In this document: piece by piece, positions 1-7,980 of the stretch
Numbering within the stretch: the first letter of the stretch is position 1
Layout of the letters: every line of letters begins with the position of its first letter
IMG/VR virus record: IMGVR_UViG_2609459820_000011
Coordinates: 1-29,824 of that record
DNA: 29,824 bases
Strand: one strand, 5' to 3'
From: a virus
Lineage: Duplodnaviria; Heunggongvirae; Uroviricota; Caudoviricetes
Made by a program: the position numbers and the translations under genes
The notes under the pieces: model-generated
What the model was told of the DNA's origin: nothing
What the model saw: the letters and a program-made list of their open reading frames with translations, nothing else
Database searches by the model: none

Positions 1-1314
1 TTAACTTACTGATTTTAATAAGCCTCTGGTGTCACTTTGGTGACTATGGGGCATCATTGGGACATAATCTGTCAGCTTCTGATTCAGCATTGCGATCTGT
101 TCTGCATTGCTGTCAGTCATCCATGCTCCGTATACATTGAATACCATCTGGGCACTTGCATGGCCCATCTGGCTGGCAATGAAGCTTGGGTTTGCTCCGG
201 CAGATAATGACCAGCACGCATAAGTGTGTCGTGACTGGTATGCCTTTCGATGCCTGATCCCTGCACGCTTAATGGCTGTTTCCCATGAGTCACCTACAGA
301 ATCGACTTTGTAGACAAAACCTACCTGTTCGCTTTTTCTAACCACTTGAGGGTTAAACACGAAAGTACATTCATGGTTCACTGAACGTCCATATTCACGT
401 AGTTGCACCTTGATGTTGTACTGCTTACCCAGTCTTGTCATTTCAGCCTGATTTTTCAGGACACTGATAGCGGGCTGGATAAGGTGCACAACCCTGTTTG
501 TGCTTGCTTCAGTTTTCGGTAGAGTGAACTCACCAAGTTTCGTATAATTGCGCCTGATGGTAATTGTTCCTGCCTTCAGATCGATATCTTCCCAGGCCAG
601 GGAGACCAGTTCACCGTGACGCATTCCTGTGTACACAGCCAATGACCACAGGTTTTTCGTCTGCTGATGTCGGCAAGCATCTATCAGGCGAATAAATTCG
701 TCACGAGTTAGCGGATCTGGCTCTGCCCTGGCTCTTTTAAGAGGCTTAATTCCCTGGAAGGGATTTGCTTCTAAGTAACCGTGATCTGCAGCAAACTGAA
801 ACATTCCAGCGATTGTCGTCATGTAATAATTTACAGTAACGACGCTCCGTCCTTTTGCTGCTGCTTTGTTTTTCGTTGAATTCTGATACCCGGTAAGCAA
901 ATCTTTCCTGATATACAGCAATTCCTCTTTGGTTACCGATGACACCAGTCTACTGCCTCCAATTTTCGGAACCATCGTTCTTGCAACGGATTCATAGCGA
1001 TTGAATGCATTTGCAGAGATTTCCATTCGTTTCAGATCCAGCCACTTTTCTTCAAGTTCCTTCACCGTAATTTCTTTTTTACTTACCCCAAAAGCCTGAA
1101 GGTTGGGGGAGTCAGGGAACTGTGCAGCATAATCAAAGCTTCCTGTGCGGATGGCAAAACATACTGATGTCCGCAGTTCCCCGGCGATCTTCCTGTTCTT
1201 GGCAGTGTCAGGGACACCAAGATTTTCCCTGACACGTTTACCTTTAAAATTAAACCAGATGCGTAATGTGCCGCCGTGGTTTTCGACGCCTGTTGGATAT
1301 TTGACTTTATCCAT
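1..1314 (-). CDS. int: Phage integrase, tyrosine recombinase family; its 3' end lies at the window edge, so attL is probably just outside
   Basis: 437-aa ORF with GGAGG RBS 7 nt upstream of the ATG; C-terminal region shows tyrosine-recombinase-like motifs (TGMRHGEL, RHTYA, GH...VYGAW); sits at the prophage end next to a xis-like gene. Confidence 0.9.
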   Translation of the reverse strand: MDKVKYPTGVENHGGTLRIWFNFKGKRVRENLGVPDTAKNRKIAGELRTSVCFAIRTGSFDYAAQFPDSPNLQAFGVSKKEITVKELEEKWLDLKRMEISANAFNRYESVARTMVPKIGGSRLVSSVTKEELLYIRKDLLTGYQNSTKNKAAAKGRSVVTVNYYMTTIAGMFQFAADHGYLEANPFQGIKPLKRARAEPDPLTRDEFIRLIDACRHQQTKNLWSLAVYTGMRHGELVSLAWEDIDLKAGTITIRRNYTKLGEFTLPKTEASTNRVVHLIQPAISVLKNQAEMTRLGKQYNIKVQLREYGRSVNHECTFVFNPQVVRKSEQVGFVYKVDSVGDSWETAIKRAGIRHRKAYQSRHTYACWSLSAGANPSFIASQMGHASAQMVFNVYGAWMTDSNAEQIAMLNQKLTDYVPMMPHSHQSDTRGLLKSVS

Positions 1315-1369
1315 CGATACCTCCAGACGCCCAAGAGCGATACGAGCTTACATATTTCATGATATTAAA

Positions 1370-1606
1370 TCACCTGGGTTGTTTGTTTTTCATTGAGGCG
1401 ACCCAGGCATCTATTGCTTTTCTGTTATACATACATTCACTGGAAGGCTTTGGATTACCGTCTGGTGATACGTGAATATACTCTCTTCCAACCATCCAGC
1501 ATTCTTTCCGGGCCCGAAGAATTGTGCCTGGTTTGAGCCCGGTAATTGCGATAAGAACGCTTTCACAAACCCATTCATTGGGAGCCAGTTGAATCACATT
1601 GCCCAT
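1370..1606 (-). CDS. xis: Excisionase-like small DNA-binding protein
   Basis: 78-aa ORF immediately upstream of int on the same strand; NEW...GREY pattern resembles lambda Xis (EW...GREY). Confidence 0.6.
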   Translation of the reverse strand: MGNVIQLAPNEWVCESVLIAITGLKPGTILRARKECWMVGREYIHVSPDGNPKPSSECMYNRKAIDAWVASMKNKQPR

Positions 1607-1614
1607 GTATTACC

Positions 1615-1761
1615 TCACACAACACTCAGCCCACGGCAGTGGCAACACACTTCAAACATTCGCTTCACAACTTCACGACAGTAGAAGCCGTCAACATCTC
1701 GCGTCAGGTCATAGCGATTGCCGTAACGCTGGTGGACCCATCGTTCAAATGCTTTATTCAT
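1615..1761 (-). CDS. Hypothetical small Cys-rich protein (48 aa)
   Basis: My own translation (MNKAFERWVHQRYGNRYDLTRDVDGFYCREVVKRMFEVCCHCRGLSVV); below the ORF-track cutoff; tightly packed between xis and the next gene. Confidence 0.25.
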   Translation of the reverse strand: MNKAFERWVHQRYGNRYDLTRDVDGFYCREVVKRMFEVCCHCRGLSVV

Positions 1762-1764
1762 TCT

Positions 1765-2007
1765 TTACTTCCTTTTTATGGCTCGTAATTTTTTTAGGTG
1801 CTTTTCCTGCTCAGTGTCCGCGAGAATTTTGCGGTACTCCTGGTGGTCAATATGTTCGAACAGGCAGTTTAACTCACCAATGCGTACCCGCCCTGATCGT
1901 CCGTCCATCCGTCGAAAGAACACTGAGTGCTCAGTGATGCGAGTAATCACCACGGGGTATCCGGCTCTGTCCGTGTATATCTGACCGCGTTGAATCAAAG
2001 CGAACAT
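1765..2007 (-). CDS. Hypothetical protein; the ORF extends to 2043 only with a TTG start, and the first ATG is at 2007
   Basis: ORF track 1765..2043; the ATG start at 2007 was chosen by inspection; operon packing with flanking genes. Confidence 0.4.
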   Translation of the reverse strand: MFALIQRGQIYTDRAGYPVVITRITEHSVFFRRMDGRSGRVRIGELNCLFEHIDHQEYRKILADTEQEKHLKKLRAIKRK

Positions 2008-2091
2008 GTGGTTATCCCCATCGACAAATCGAGAACACAACAAACGCTGCTGCGAAGACCACCCCCAGAGTTACGATTGCATCAGGCCAGC

Positions 2092-2604
2092 TCATTGATT
2101 CACCTCCTGCCTGTCGTCCGGCATTCGCTCACTACAGCTTATCCAACCATCCGGAGTTACCGGAGAGCTGGTTGACGCTTCCGGGATTTTCCGAAAATTA
2201 TTGGTTGACGAATCTTTATTTTCCCGAAAGTTTCCGGACTGAAGCATGGCTTCGCGGCAATCGTTCCAGCCTGTAGCGTATGCAGCCGCTTTGCTGCTGC
2301 CTTCAACTGGCGCATCCTGCCAATACATTTCTTCCGGCACTATCGGCGCTGGAGGGGCGGCAAATAGATATCCGCCAAAGTCAGGAAGCTCTCTAATGGC
2401 CTGTACGAATTTTTGTTTGCCTACGTCAACTCCTAATGGGTAATGAGCTATAATCTTTGCCACCGGCTCTGCTGCCAGTGATGCCAGCGCAATCCGTGCC
2501 AGCTCTTCCGCTTCTTCTGCTGGAAGCACAACGTTGCTACCCGGTCCGTATGTTTCGCGCCACTGCTTGATTGTCAGCAGTCGCTCTTTGGTTATAGTGG
2601 TCAT
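2092..2604 (-). CDS. Hypothetical phage protein (170 aa)
   Basis: ORF with AAGGAG RBS upstream of the ATG; co-oriented with the early-left operon. Confidence 0.6.
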   Translation of the reverse strand: MTTITKERLLTIKQWRETYGPGSNVVLPAEEAEELARIALASLAAEPVAKIIAHYPLGVDVGKQKFVQAIRELPDFGGYLFAAPPAPIVPEEMYWQDAPVEGSSKAAAYATGWNDCREAMLQSGNFRENKDSSTNNFRKIPEASTSSPVTPDGWISCSERMPDDRQEVNQ

Positions 2605-2614
2605 GTGTTACTCC

Positions 2615-2878
2615 TTAACCCGCAGTGCTTTCAACTGATGAGGGGAACAAAATCTTTTCATCAAACCCTGCATTCATATCATGGACAGCAACACACCAAT
2701 CCATCGACGAACGATTATCAAGAGCCTCCATGATTTCATCCATGCGGCGTAGGTCATACAGGTAAATGGTTTTATCGCCAATGGTGTAAAAACCAATTTT
2801 TTTTGGTGATGGACAGCGATCAAGAACGTCCTGTAATTCATTCAACCATGCCCGTTCTTTTTTTGTTAAAGTGGCCAT
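2615..2878 (-). CDS. Hypothetical phage protein (87 aa)
   Basis: ORF with AAGGAGAG RBS; stop lies 2 nt from the upstream gene's stop. Confidence 0.6.
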   Translation of the reverse strand: MATLTKKERAWLNELQDVLDRCPSPKKIGFYTIGDKTIYLYDLRRMDEIMEALDNRSSMDWCVAVHDMNAGFDEKILFPSSVESTAG

Positions 2879-2879
2879 A

Positions 2880-3416
2880 TCACTCTCCTTTGATACGAAT
2901 GTCAGCGACGCGTAATGCGTGTTCTAGGTCAATCAGGTAAAGCCAACTGCCATTTTCTTTAGGTATCATGACTTGTCGCTCATCTGCATTTATCGGGTGT
3001 CCATATCGAAGGTCGTAGCGAGTCGGTAATTGAACTTCCCGCGCTTCCAGTTCAGCAATACGCTTGCACCCATCAGAGATAACTCCCTCGTAATACTCGC
3101 GCTGCTCGTTGAGTTTTGATTTTGCTGCTTCAAGCTCAACGCGCAGCTTCCCAACCGTAAGCGCAATATCCTCGTTCTCCTGGTCGCGGCGTTTGATGTA
3201 TTGCTGGTTTCTTTCCCGTTCATCCAGTAGTGCCAGCACGGTTTCTGGTCCGGTCAGAAATTTGAAGGCATTGAGCGCATCAATATCCACACCGTAATCT
3301 TTAAGTTCCTGTTCACTTAACAAATCATCATCAGCTGGCAACATTAACAGGCGTTCCATTGCTGGAATTGCACGTTCCGCCACCTCACGCAGTGACTGGT
3401 AATTAATTTCGCTCAC
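2880..3416 (-). CDS. Ea22-like (Ead/Ea22 family) coiled-coil protein, paralog 1
   Basis: GTG start preceded by AAGGAGG; start overlaps the upstream stop (GTGA); N-terminus MSEINYQSLREVAE parallels the neighbouring paralog; central coiled-coil-like region. Confidence 0.6.
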   Translation of the reverse strand: MSEINYQSLREVAERAIPAMERLLMLPADDDLLSEQELKDYGVDIDALNAFKFLTGPETVLALLDERERNQQYIKRRDQENEDIALTVGKLRVELEAAKSKLNEQREYYEGVISDGCKRIAELEAREVQLPTRYDLRYGHPINADERQVMIPKENGSWLYLIDLEHALRVADIRIKGE

Positions 3417-4099
3417 TGGTTGCCTCCTTTGCGAAGCTGGGCAGCAAAGTCAACTAACCACTCAGTCATTTCAACCTTCCCTACCAGGTCTGAACCAGGG
3501 TGCATACAGCAATCACTCTGCGCCGCTTTGAAATCCTTATACTCATATTCTTGGGCCACCAGATTTTTTGCAGCTTCTATAGCAGCATCCACCCCCTGCG
3601 CCCGGACTTCAGCCAGGAAAGCATCAGTGGTTGGCGTTTCAGGTATCTGTCTCCTCATCCGTTCTATTGCATGATTGAACCCGAAGTCTTCCGCGAGAGA
3701 TACGTCATCCATATTGTCATTGTCATCCTCAATATCCCGTGATTCTGGAATTGCAGACTTTATTCCCGCATTCTCCGCTGTCAGCGCCGCGCACTTGGCC
3801 TCAAGAGCGGCAACCACTTCCTGATGGTCTTTGTACTTAACGTATGAGCCGGAGATGTCATCACCTTCGGTGTTTAGCCATGCGTCATTGCAATTCACTG
3901 CGTAGGTTCTGATGCTCATGTTGATGCTCTCCCGCCCCTGACAGACGCCAGGCCAGTCAATAAAGTATCCGCAATGCCTACCCTCAGACGTGCGCGCAGG
4001 ATAAATGCCGTTATGACCCGGCAAAATATATGCTACCCATTCATCTTGCGTTGCCTGTTCCGCCGCCTCGCGCAGTGCCTGATAGTCAATCTTGCTCAC
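3413..4099 (-). CDS. Ea22-like (Ead/Ea22 family) protein, paralog 2
   Basis: GTG start preceded by AAGGAGG; N-terminus MSKIDYQALREAAE; first ~40 nt of the two paralogs are roughly 80 percent identical. Confidence 0.6.
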   Translation of the reverse strand: MSKIDYQALREAAEQATQDEWVAYILPGHNGIYPARTSEGRHCGYFIDWPGVCQGRESINMSIRTYAVNCNDAWLNTEGDDISGSYVKYKDHQEVVAALEAKCAALTAENAGIKSAIPESRDIEDDNDNMDDVSLAEDFGFNHAIERMRRQIPETPTTDAFLAEVRAQGVDAAIEAAKNLVAQEYEYKDFKAAQSDCCMHPGSDLVGKVEMTEWLVDFAAQLRKGGNQ

Positions 4100-4400
4100 T
4101 GGCAGCCTCCTTTGCCGGGATTTCTAACTTTTGAGTGGTTGTATCAAATTCAAACAACTTAACCACGTCATCAAACAGGACATAATCACCATCAGGATCT
4201 TCAGTCATATCTGCGCCACAATCCTGACCGCACGAGTCGCAACCATCCATATCAAGCTCGTATCGCTTCAGGTTTGCGATATTTGATAAATTCAGCGCCA
4301 GTACAGCCAGGTCATAAACCTCTTCGGCAGTGACATCGCTGTTCAGTCCCATTTCATGGCGATATATGATTTTTTCTACTCGTTGTTTTGTGATCGTCAT
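4086..4400 (-). CDS. Hypothetical protein (start taken at MTITKQR; the ORF extends to 4424 with TTG)
   Basis: ORF track 4086..4424; ATG at 4400 chosen by inspection. Confidence 0.45.
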   Translation of the reverse strand: MTITKQRVEKIIYRHEMGLNSDVTAEEVYDLAVLALNLSNIANLKRYELDMDGCDSCGQDCGADMTEDPDGDYVLFDDVVKLFEFDTTTQKLEIPAKEAASEQD

Positions 4401-4671
4401 TTTTCTCTTCACTCCGATATACAAGGATTACTACACCCCCTCTGCTGATTGCGCGAGCTGGATCCCCTGGTTCCATGCCGTCAATTCCGAAGGCTTCGGA
4501 AAACGCATTCATTGCCTTCTGGCGTTCATCCTGCTTACGGCGTTTATTCCATTTTTTCAGGAACAACAGCGACAGCCACCGTCCGCTGCAGAACACGATG
4601 TAAAAATAACCAAGGAGCGCCAGGCCGACATTCAGGGCCGTTTCTATGGTTAGTTGTGAGTCAGTTGCCAT
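4354..4671 (-). CDS. Hypothetical small membrane protein (N-terminal TM helix followed by a basic stretch)
   Basis: ATG start overlaps the upstream stop; hydrophobic segment LNVGLALLGYFYIVFCSG then KKWNKRRKQDERQK; 3' end overlaps the next gene by about 47 nt, which lowers confidence. Confidence 0.4.
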   Translation of the reverse strand: MATDSQLTIETALNVGLALLGYFYIVFCSGRWLSLLFLKKWNKRRKQDERQKAMNAFSEAFGIDGMEPGDPARAISRGGVVILVYRSEEKNDDHKTTSRKNHISP

Positions 4672-4909
4672 TTCTTACCTGTTTAAGTAACTGGTTGAAC
4701 ATAACACTTAGGGGATTGCTGTATCCAAACGGCAGATTGTTTACGCAGTACAGAATCGTTTTGTTTTTTTCTCCAGTTCGTACTATTAACCCATTCCACA
4801 ATAACCGTGATAATTCATTACTGATAGAAGTTGCGCTTCTTCCAAGTGCGAGGGATATATCTTCTCTACTGCAATCTGGATTTTCCTGGATATACTCGAT
4901 AACGGTCAT
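4661..4909 (-). CDS. Putative winged-helix DNA-binding protein (82 aa from MTVIEY)
   Basis: AAAGGGA RBS 6 nt upstream of the ATG at 4909; EDISLALGRSATSISNELSRLLWNGLI resembles a wHTH recognition region (by eye only). Confidence 0.45.
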   Translation of the reverse strand: MTVIEYIQENPDCSREDISLALGRSATSISNELSRLLWNGLIVRTGEKNKTILYCVNNLPFGYSNPLSVMFNQLLKQVRNGN

Positions 4910-4919
4910 GTGGTCCCTT

Positions 4920-5501
4920 TTACTTAATATCTGTTTCGGATTGCATGCCATGAGTATTCATTTCGTTAATAATTTCATCCAGAAGGATTTCAAGCCCTTC
5001 TCGACCCATATCTGAAAGAATGAAACCTTTATCAGGGGAAGTAGTGAGCATTTTCTGATAAAGAAACAGCGCTCTTCCCATTCCTTCAGCTTCGCCGTAT
5101 TTTTGAATTAAATTCCATTCAATATACTGTTGTAAGGCAAATCGAATGGGGCCGGGATATATCGTCATAAACCCATACATCCCGTTATATACCACGGCGT
5201 GTTCAATTGTTCCGTGTTCATTCAGGATATCAATTGTGCCGTTCTTGTCTTCTTCTTCGTTGATGAATGTCGTCACATACAACCATCGCCACTGAGCAAC
5301 CTTCATCTCAACCGGAAGTTTACCCAGTAATCCTGCTTCGTCGGCTTGCGCCAGACACTGAAGGATACGTAAACCTCGCACATTAGGAGTATCGAATTCT
5401 CCGGCATCCAGACGACGTATGGCGTCGTGATAATCAATCGTCATACTGCCAGTTCGTATACCATTGGCTGTTGCTTCAGCCTGGAATTCATCGTATTGCA
5501 T
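4920..5501 (-). CDS. Hypothetical protein (193 aa)
   Basis: ATG with GAGGA RBS; starts 5 nt after the stop of the upstream 60-aa ORF. Confidence 0.6.
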   Translation of the reverse strand: MQYDEFQAEATANGIRTGSMTIDYHDAIRRLDAGEFDTPNVRGLRILQCLAQADEAGLLGKLPVEMKVAQWRWLYVTTFINEEEDKNGTIDILNEHGTIEHAVVYNGMYGFMTIYPGPIRFALQQYIEWNLIQKYGEAEGMGRALFLYQKMLTTSPDKGFILSDMGREGLEILLDEIINEMNTHGMQSETDIK

Positions 5502-5506
5502 GATAT

Positions 5507-5689
5507 TTATTCCTCATCTTCATCTGCTGGTGCAATAACGTCATATCCTGCCCTTTCTGCAATAAACAGGAATGTTGAAAGAGTTCCTACAAGTTCATCG
5601 TCATGAACATGGCGAATGAATATTACTTTCCCGTTTTTGATGGTCAGCAATATTCTGGTTTGTTCGTGTTCTGCTGTTTTCTGATGCAT
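5507..5689 (-). CDS. Hypothetical small acidic protein (60 aa), first gene of a sub-operon
   Basis: GGGAGA RBS 5 nt upstream of the ATG; preceded by a 194-bp non-coding region (5690..5883). Confidence 0.5.
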   Translation of the reverse strand: MHQKTAEHEQTRILLTIKNGKVIFIRHVHDDELVGTLSTFLFIAERAGYDVIAPADEDEE

Positions 5690-5883
5690 TATTATCTCCC
5701 GTATGCTTTACGCAGAAATAAGCAGGCAATATGCATGTAATTTTCACCGTATTGTGCAATAAGGCAGGCGGTCTTGTGTGATGCCATATTCTTTATAAAA
5801 GTCACAATAAAGCCTCCTGTGGTTTAAGGTTGTAACAATCCCCGGCGATAAAACCGCAATAAACGTTCAGGGCATATTTGTTG

Positions 5884-6249
5884 TTATTGCGCTAATTCTT
5901 TTTCGGCAGCAGCTTTTGTATACTCACATGCAAAACTCAGAATTTCGCTGCCGAGTGTTTTCGTTTCGTGATTACTGGACATATGTAATACCTGTGTTGC
6001 ATGCAATAAATGATAAACATTTACCGCAAATGAATCAGGCTCCAGGCAAATGCCTTCGTAATTATCTTGCTGTGAGGTTGTTTCTGTCATTGCTCCTGAA
6101 GTGCATACGAGCCTGTTTTTGACAATTCTCTTTTCTCTAATCACTATATCGGCAACATCTATTGCCTTTACAACCTCCGGGAGAAGTTCCGGGTTTGTAT
6201 AATCAAAGTCATCAACATGGAGAACAGTTATGTTTTCGAACTTTTTCAT
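5884..6249 (-). CDS. Hypothetical protein (121 aa)
   Basis: ATG with GAGGA RBS. Confidence 0.55.
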   Translation of the reverse strand: MKKFENITVLHVDDFDYTNPELLPEVVKAIDVADIVIREKRIVKNRLVCTSGAMTETTSQQDNYEGICLEPDSFAVNVYHLLHATQVLHMSSNHETKTLGSEILSFACEYTKAAAEKELAQ

Positions 6250-6377
6250 GGTTTCCTCAGCTGACTTATATGTTCTGCTATATAGCGAGTCTCAGAAGTG
6301 TTTTCATATTGAGACTGTTTCCGCAATGATTGATAAAAATGTTCGCATGTACCTTGAGGGGCGAAGCGGCGATTATG

Positions 6378-6881
6378 TCACCATTGGTATTGGTTCTTCC
6401 GTAGAAGAGCTTCGCGAGATAAGGGGCAAACTTGTTGAGATGCGTCATGGTGTTGCTGCTCCTCACTTTTTGGTTGCTCCGGAGGAGTAACCTCACCAGT
6501 TAACAGCCACATCGGATCGCAGCCAAGAATATTTGCCAGTGGGATAAGCATACTGATAGTTGGTTCATACTCTCCGCTCTCCCACTGGATGATAATTTCT
6601 TCATCGAGATCGAGCAGCCTGGCGAGTTCGGCGGTTGTTAAGCCGCAGGCTTCGCGTTGGGTGCAAAGACGGTTGTTGATTGCAGAATTTTTGTTCTGTA
6701 AAAGCATTGCTGACGATAGCTTTCTGGATATGCTATTTGTCATATCCCATGCCAGTCCTGCGCATGACTCTATATCGCTAGAGAGCGTAGCATCAGGTGT
6801 TGCTTTTGCTATTAGTGTAATGAGGCTGCCGAGGTTTTTCAGTTCTTCGAGACAGTCAAGAGTTGTAGCTTTATTGATCAT
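6378..6881 (-). CDS. XRE-family HTH protein with the HTH in the C-terminal half; first gene leftward of the left operator cluster (the position N occupies in lambda)
   Basis: C-terminal segment CGLTTAELARLLDLDEEIIIQWESGEYEPTISMLIPLANILGCDPMWLLTG looks like an HTH_XRE motif; N-terminal ~70 aa unassigned. Confidence 0.6.
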   Translation of the reverse strand: MINKATTLDCLEELKNLGSLITLIAKATPDATLSSDIESCAGLAWDMTNSISRKLSSAMLLQNKNSAINNRLCTQREACGLTTAELARLLDLDEEIIIQWESGEYEPTISMLIPLANILGCDPMWLLTGEVTPPEQPKSEEQQHHDASQQVCPLSREALLRKNQYQW

Positions 6882-6886
6882 GAGAT

Positions 6887-6964
6887 GATACCTCAGTTAC
6901 GAACTTTGTTTTATGGTAACTAAGGTATCAAGGTGTGGCAAGTGATTTTTGATACTTTGGTTTC
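6887..6964. promoter_or_regulatory. Left operator/promoter cluster: three 14-bp sites of the same family as OR
   Basis: GATACCTCAGTTAC (6887-6900), GTAACTAAGGTATC (6916-6929), GATACTTTGGTTTC (6951-6964); the last is nearly identical to an OR site. Confidence 0.4.
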
Positions 6965-6984
6965 TTTTTGTGTTTTGTGTCTGG

Positions 6985-7641
6985 TCAGAAAATATCCCAC
7001 CTGGCATCAACCACAACACCTACTATTTCGCAATCATTGTCCATTTCTATGATTGGATATTGTGGATTAAGGGGCTTTAGAAACGCCTTTCCCATGTCAG
7101 AAATATATTTTTTGAATGTTGCTTCATTGGTAGATTTTTTTCTGGCGATGACGTAACACCCTGAAAAAACTTCTTTATCTGGGTTGACAAGGATCGACAT
7201 TCCTTCAGGAAATGTTATTCCTACGGGCGAAGTCATTGAGTCTCCGTGCACTTCCAGCCAGAACCCCCTCTCACCAGCGTATTTTACAGAATGCCTCCAA
7301 TTATCCTGATCATACATGTTGTAGTCATCACCAGAAGTTGCGAATAATCCTGCCTGAACCCAGTTAATTACAGGGTAAGAGTGTGCTGTGTCTCTCTGTG
7401 GGCAGCTCTTAACATTATTTTCCCAATGCTTATCTTTTTCATCTCCGTTCTGAAGCCACTGCGGTGAACACCGCAGTGCAGCTGCAACTTTAAAAAGGGT
7501 GTCACCGTTGAAACTTTTTGTAAGGCCTTGCTCGGCTTTACTTATTGCAACTCTGGTGACCCCAGCTTTTTTAGCCAACGCATCTTGTGTTAACCCAGCT
7601 TTTTGCCGTGCGTTGATGAGACGTTCACCTAAAGACTTCAT
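6985..7641 (-). CDS. cI: Prophage repressor, cI-like (N-terminal HTH plus C-terminal S24 LexA-like peptidase domain)
   Basis: HTH LTQDALAKKAGVTRVAISKAEQG; VHGDSM serine motif and a downstream lysine (ATFKKY); GAGGAG RBS before MKSLGERL; flanked by operator repeats. Confidence 0.85.
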   Translation of the reverse strand: MKSLGERLINARQKAGLTQDALAKKAGVTRVAISKAEQGLTKSFNGDTLFKVAAALRCSPQWLQNGDEKDKHWENNVKSCPQRDTAHSYPVINWVQAGLFATSGDDYNMYDQDNWRHSVKYAGERGFWLEVHGDSMTSPVGITFPEGMSILVNPDKEVFSGCYVIARKKSTNEATFKKYISDMGKAFLKPLNPQYPIIEMDNDCEIVGVVVDARWDIF

Positions 7642-7663
7642 TTTTCTTCTCCTCTCATGGCTG

Positions 7664-7736
7664 TTGATACTAAAGTAACAGAATTTCTTGATACTTTGGG
7701 TTCCTGTGGTTAACATCGTTGGATAACAAAGTATCT
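7664..7736. promoter_or_regulatory. Right operator/promoter cluster (pRM/pR region) with three operator sites
   Basis: GATACTAAAGTAAC (7666-7679), GATACTTTGGGTTC (7690-7703), GATAACAAAGTATC (7722-7735); candidate pR -35 TTGATA (7688-7693) and -10 TAACAT (7711-7716) with a 17-nt spacer. Confidence 0.45.
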
Positions 7737-7752
7737 GGCGTGAGACTAAAGA

Positions 7753-7980
7753 ATGACCCTTTATGAAATATTAAAAATTCAATTTAAAACCAATGCCGCT
7801 ATTGGTCGCAGGTTCCCAAAGAAAGGAAGGCCTCGTGGCAGTCAAGGTGTTGGAAAGTGGAAAACGCGAGGTGTTCCGGAGGATGTTGCCATTCTTTGTC
7901 ATCTGGATCCGAGCATTCCATATACACACCCAAGTCTAGCGAATACAGAAGATGACAAGCCCACAGGAGACCAACAATGA
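7753..7980 (+). CDS. ORF in the cro position, 75 aa, basic, no recognisable HTH; product uncertain
   Basis: First rightward ORF after OR; weak RBS; no Cro-like motif seen by eye. Confidence 0.3.
   Translation: MTLYEILKIQFKTNAAIGRRFPKKGRPRGSQGVGKWKTRGVPEDVAILCHLDPSIPYTHPSLANTEDDKPTGDQQ

Noticed and set aside
1083-1396. Two 83-aa ORFs (one per strand) overlapping the integrase 5' end
   Set aside because: Both overlap the integrase coding region or its start, with no independent signals
6230-6490. 86-aa plus-strand ORF between two minus-strand early-left genes
   Set aside because: Overlaps the 5' end of the 121-aa gene and the 3' end of the XRE-HTH gene, both of which have good RBS and operon context; isolated on the plus strand in a leftward operon
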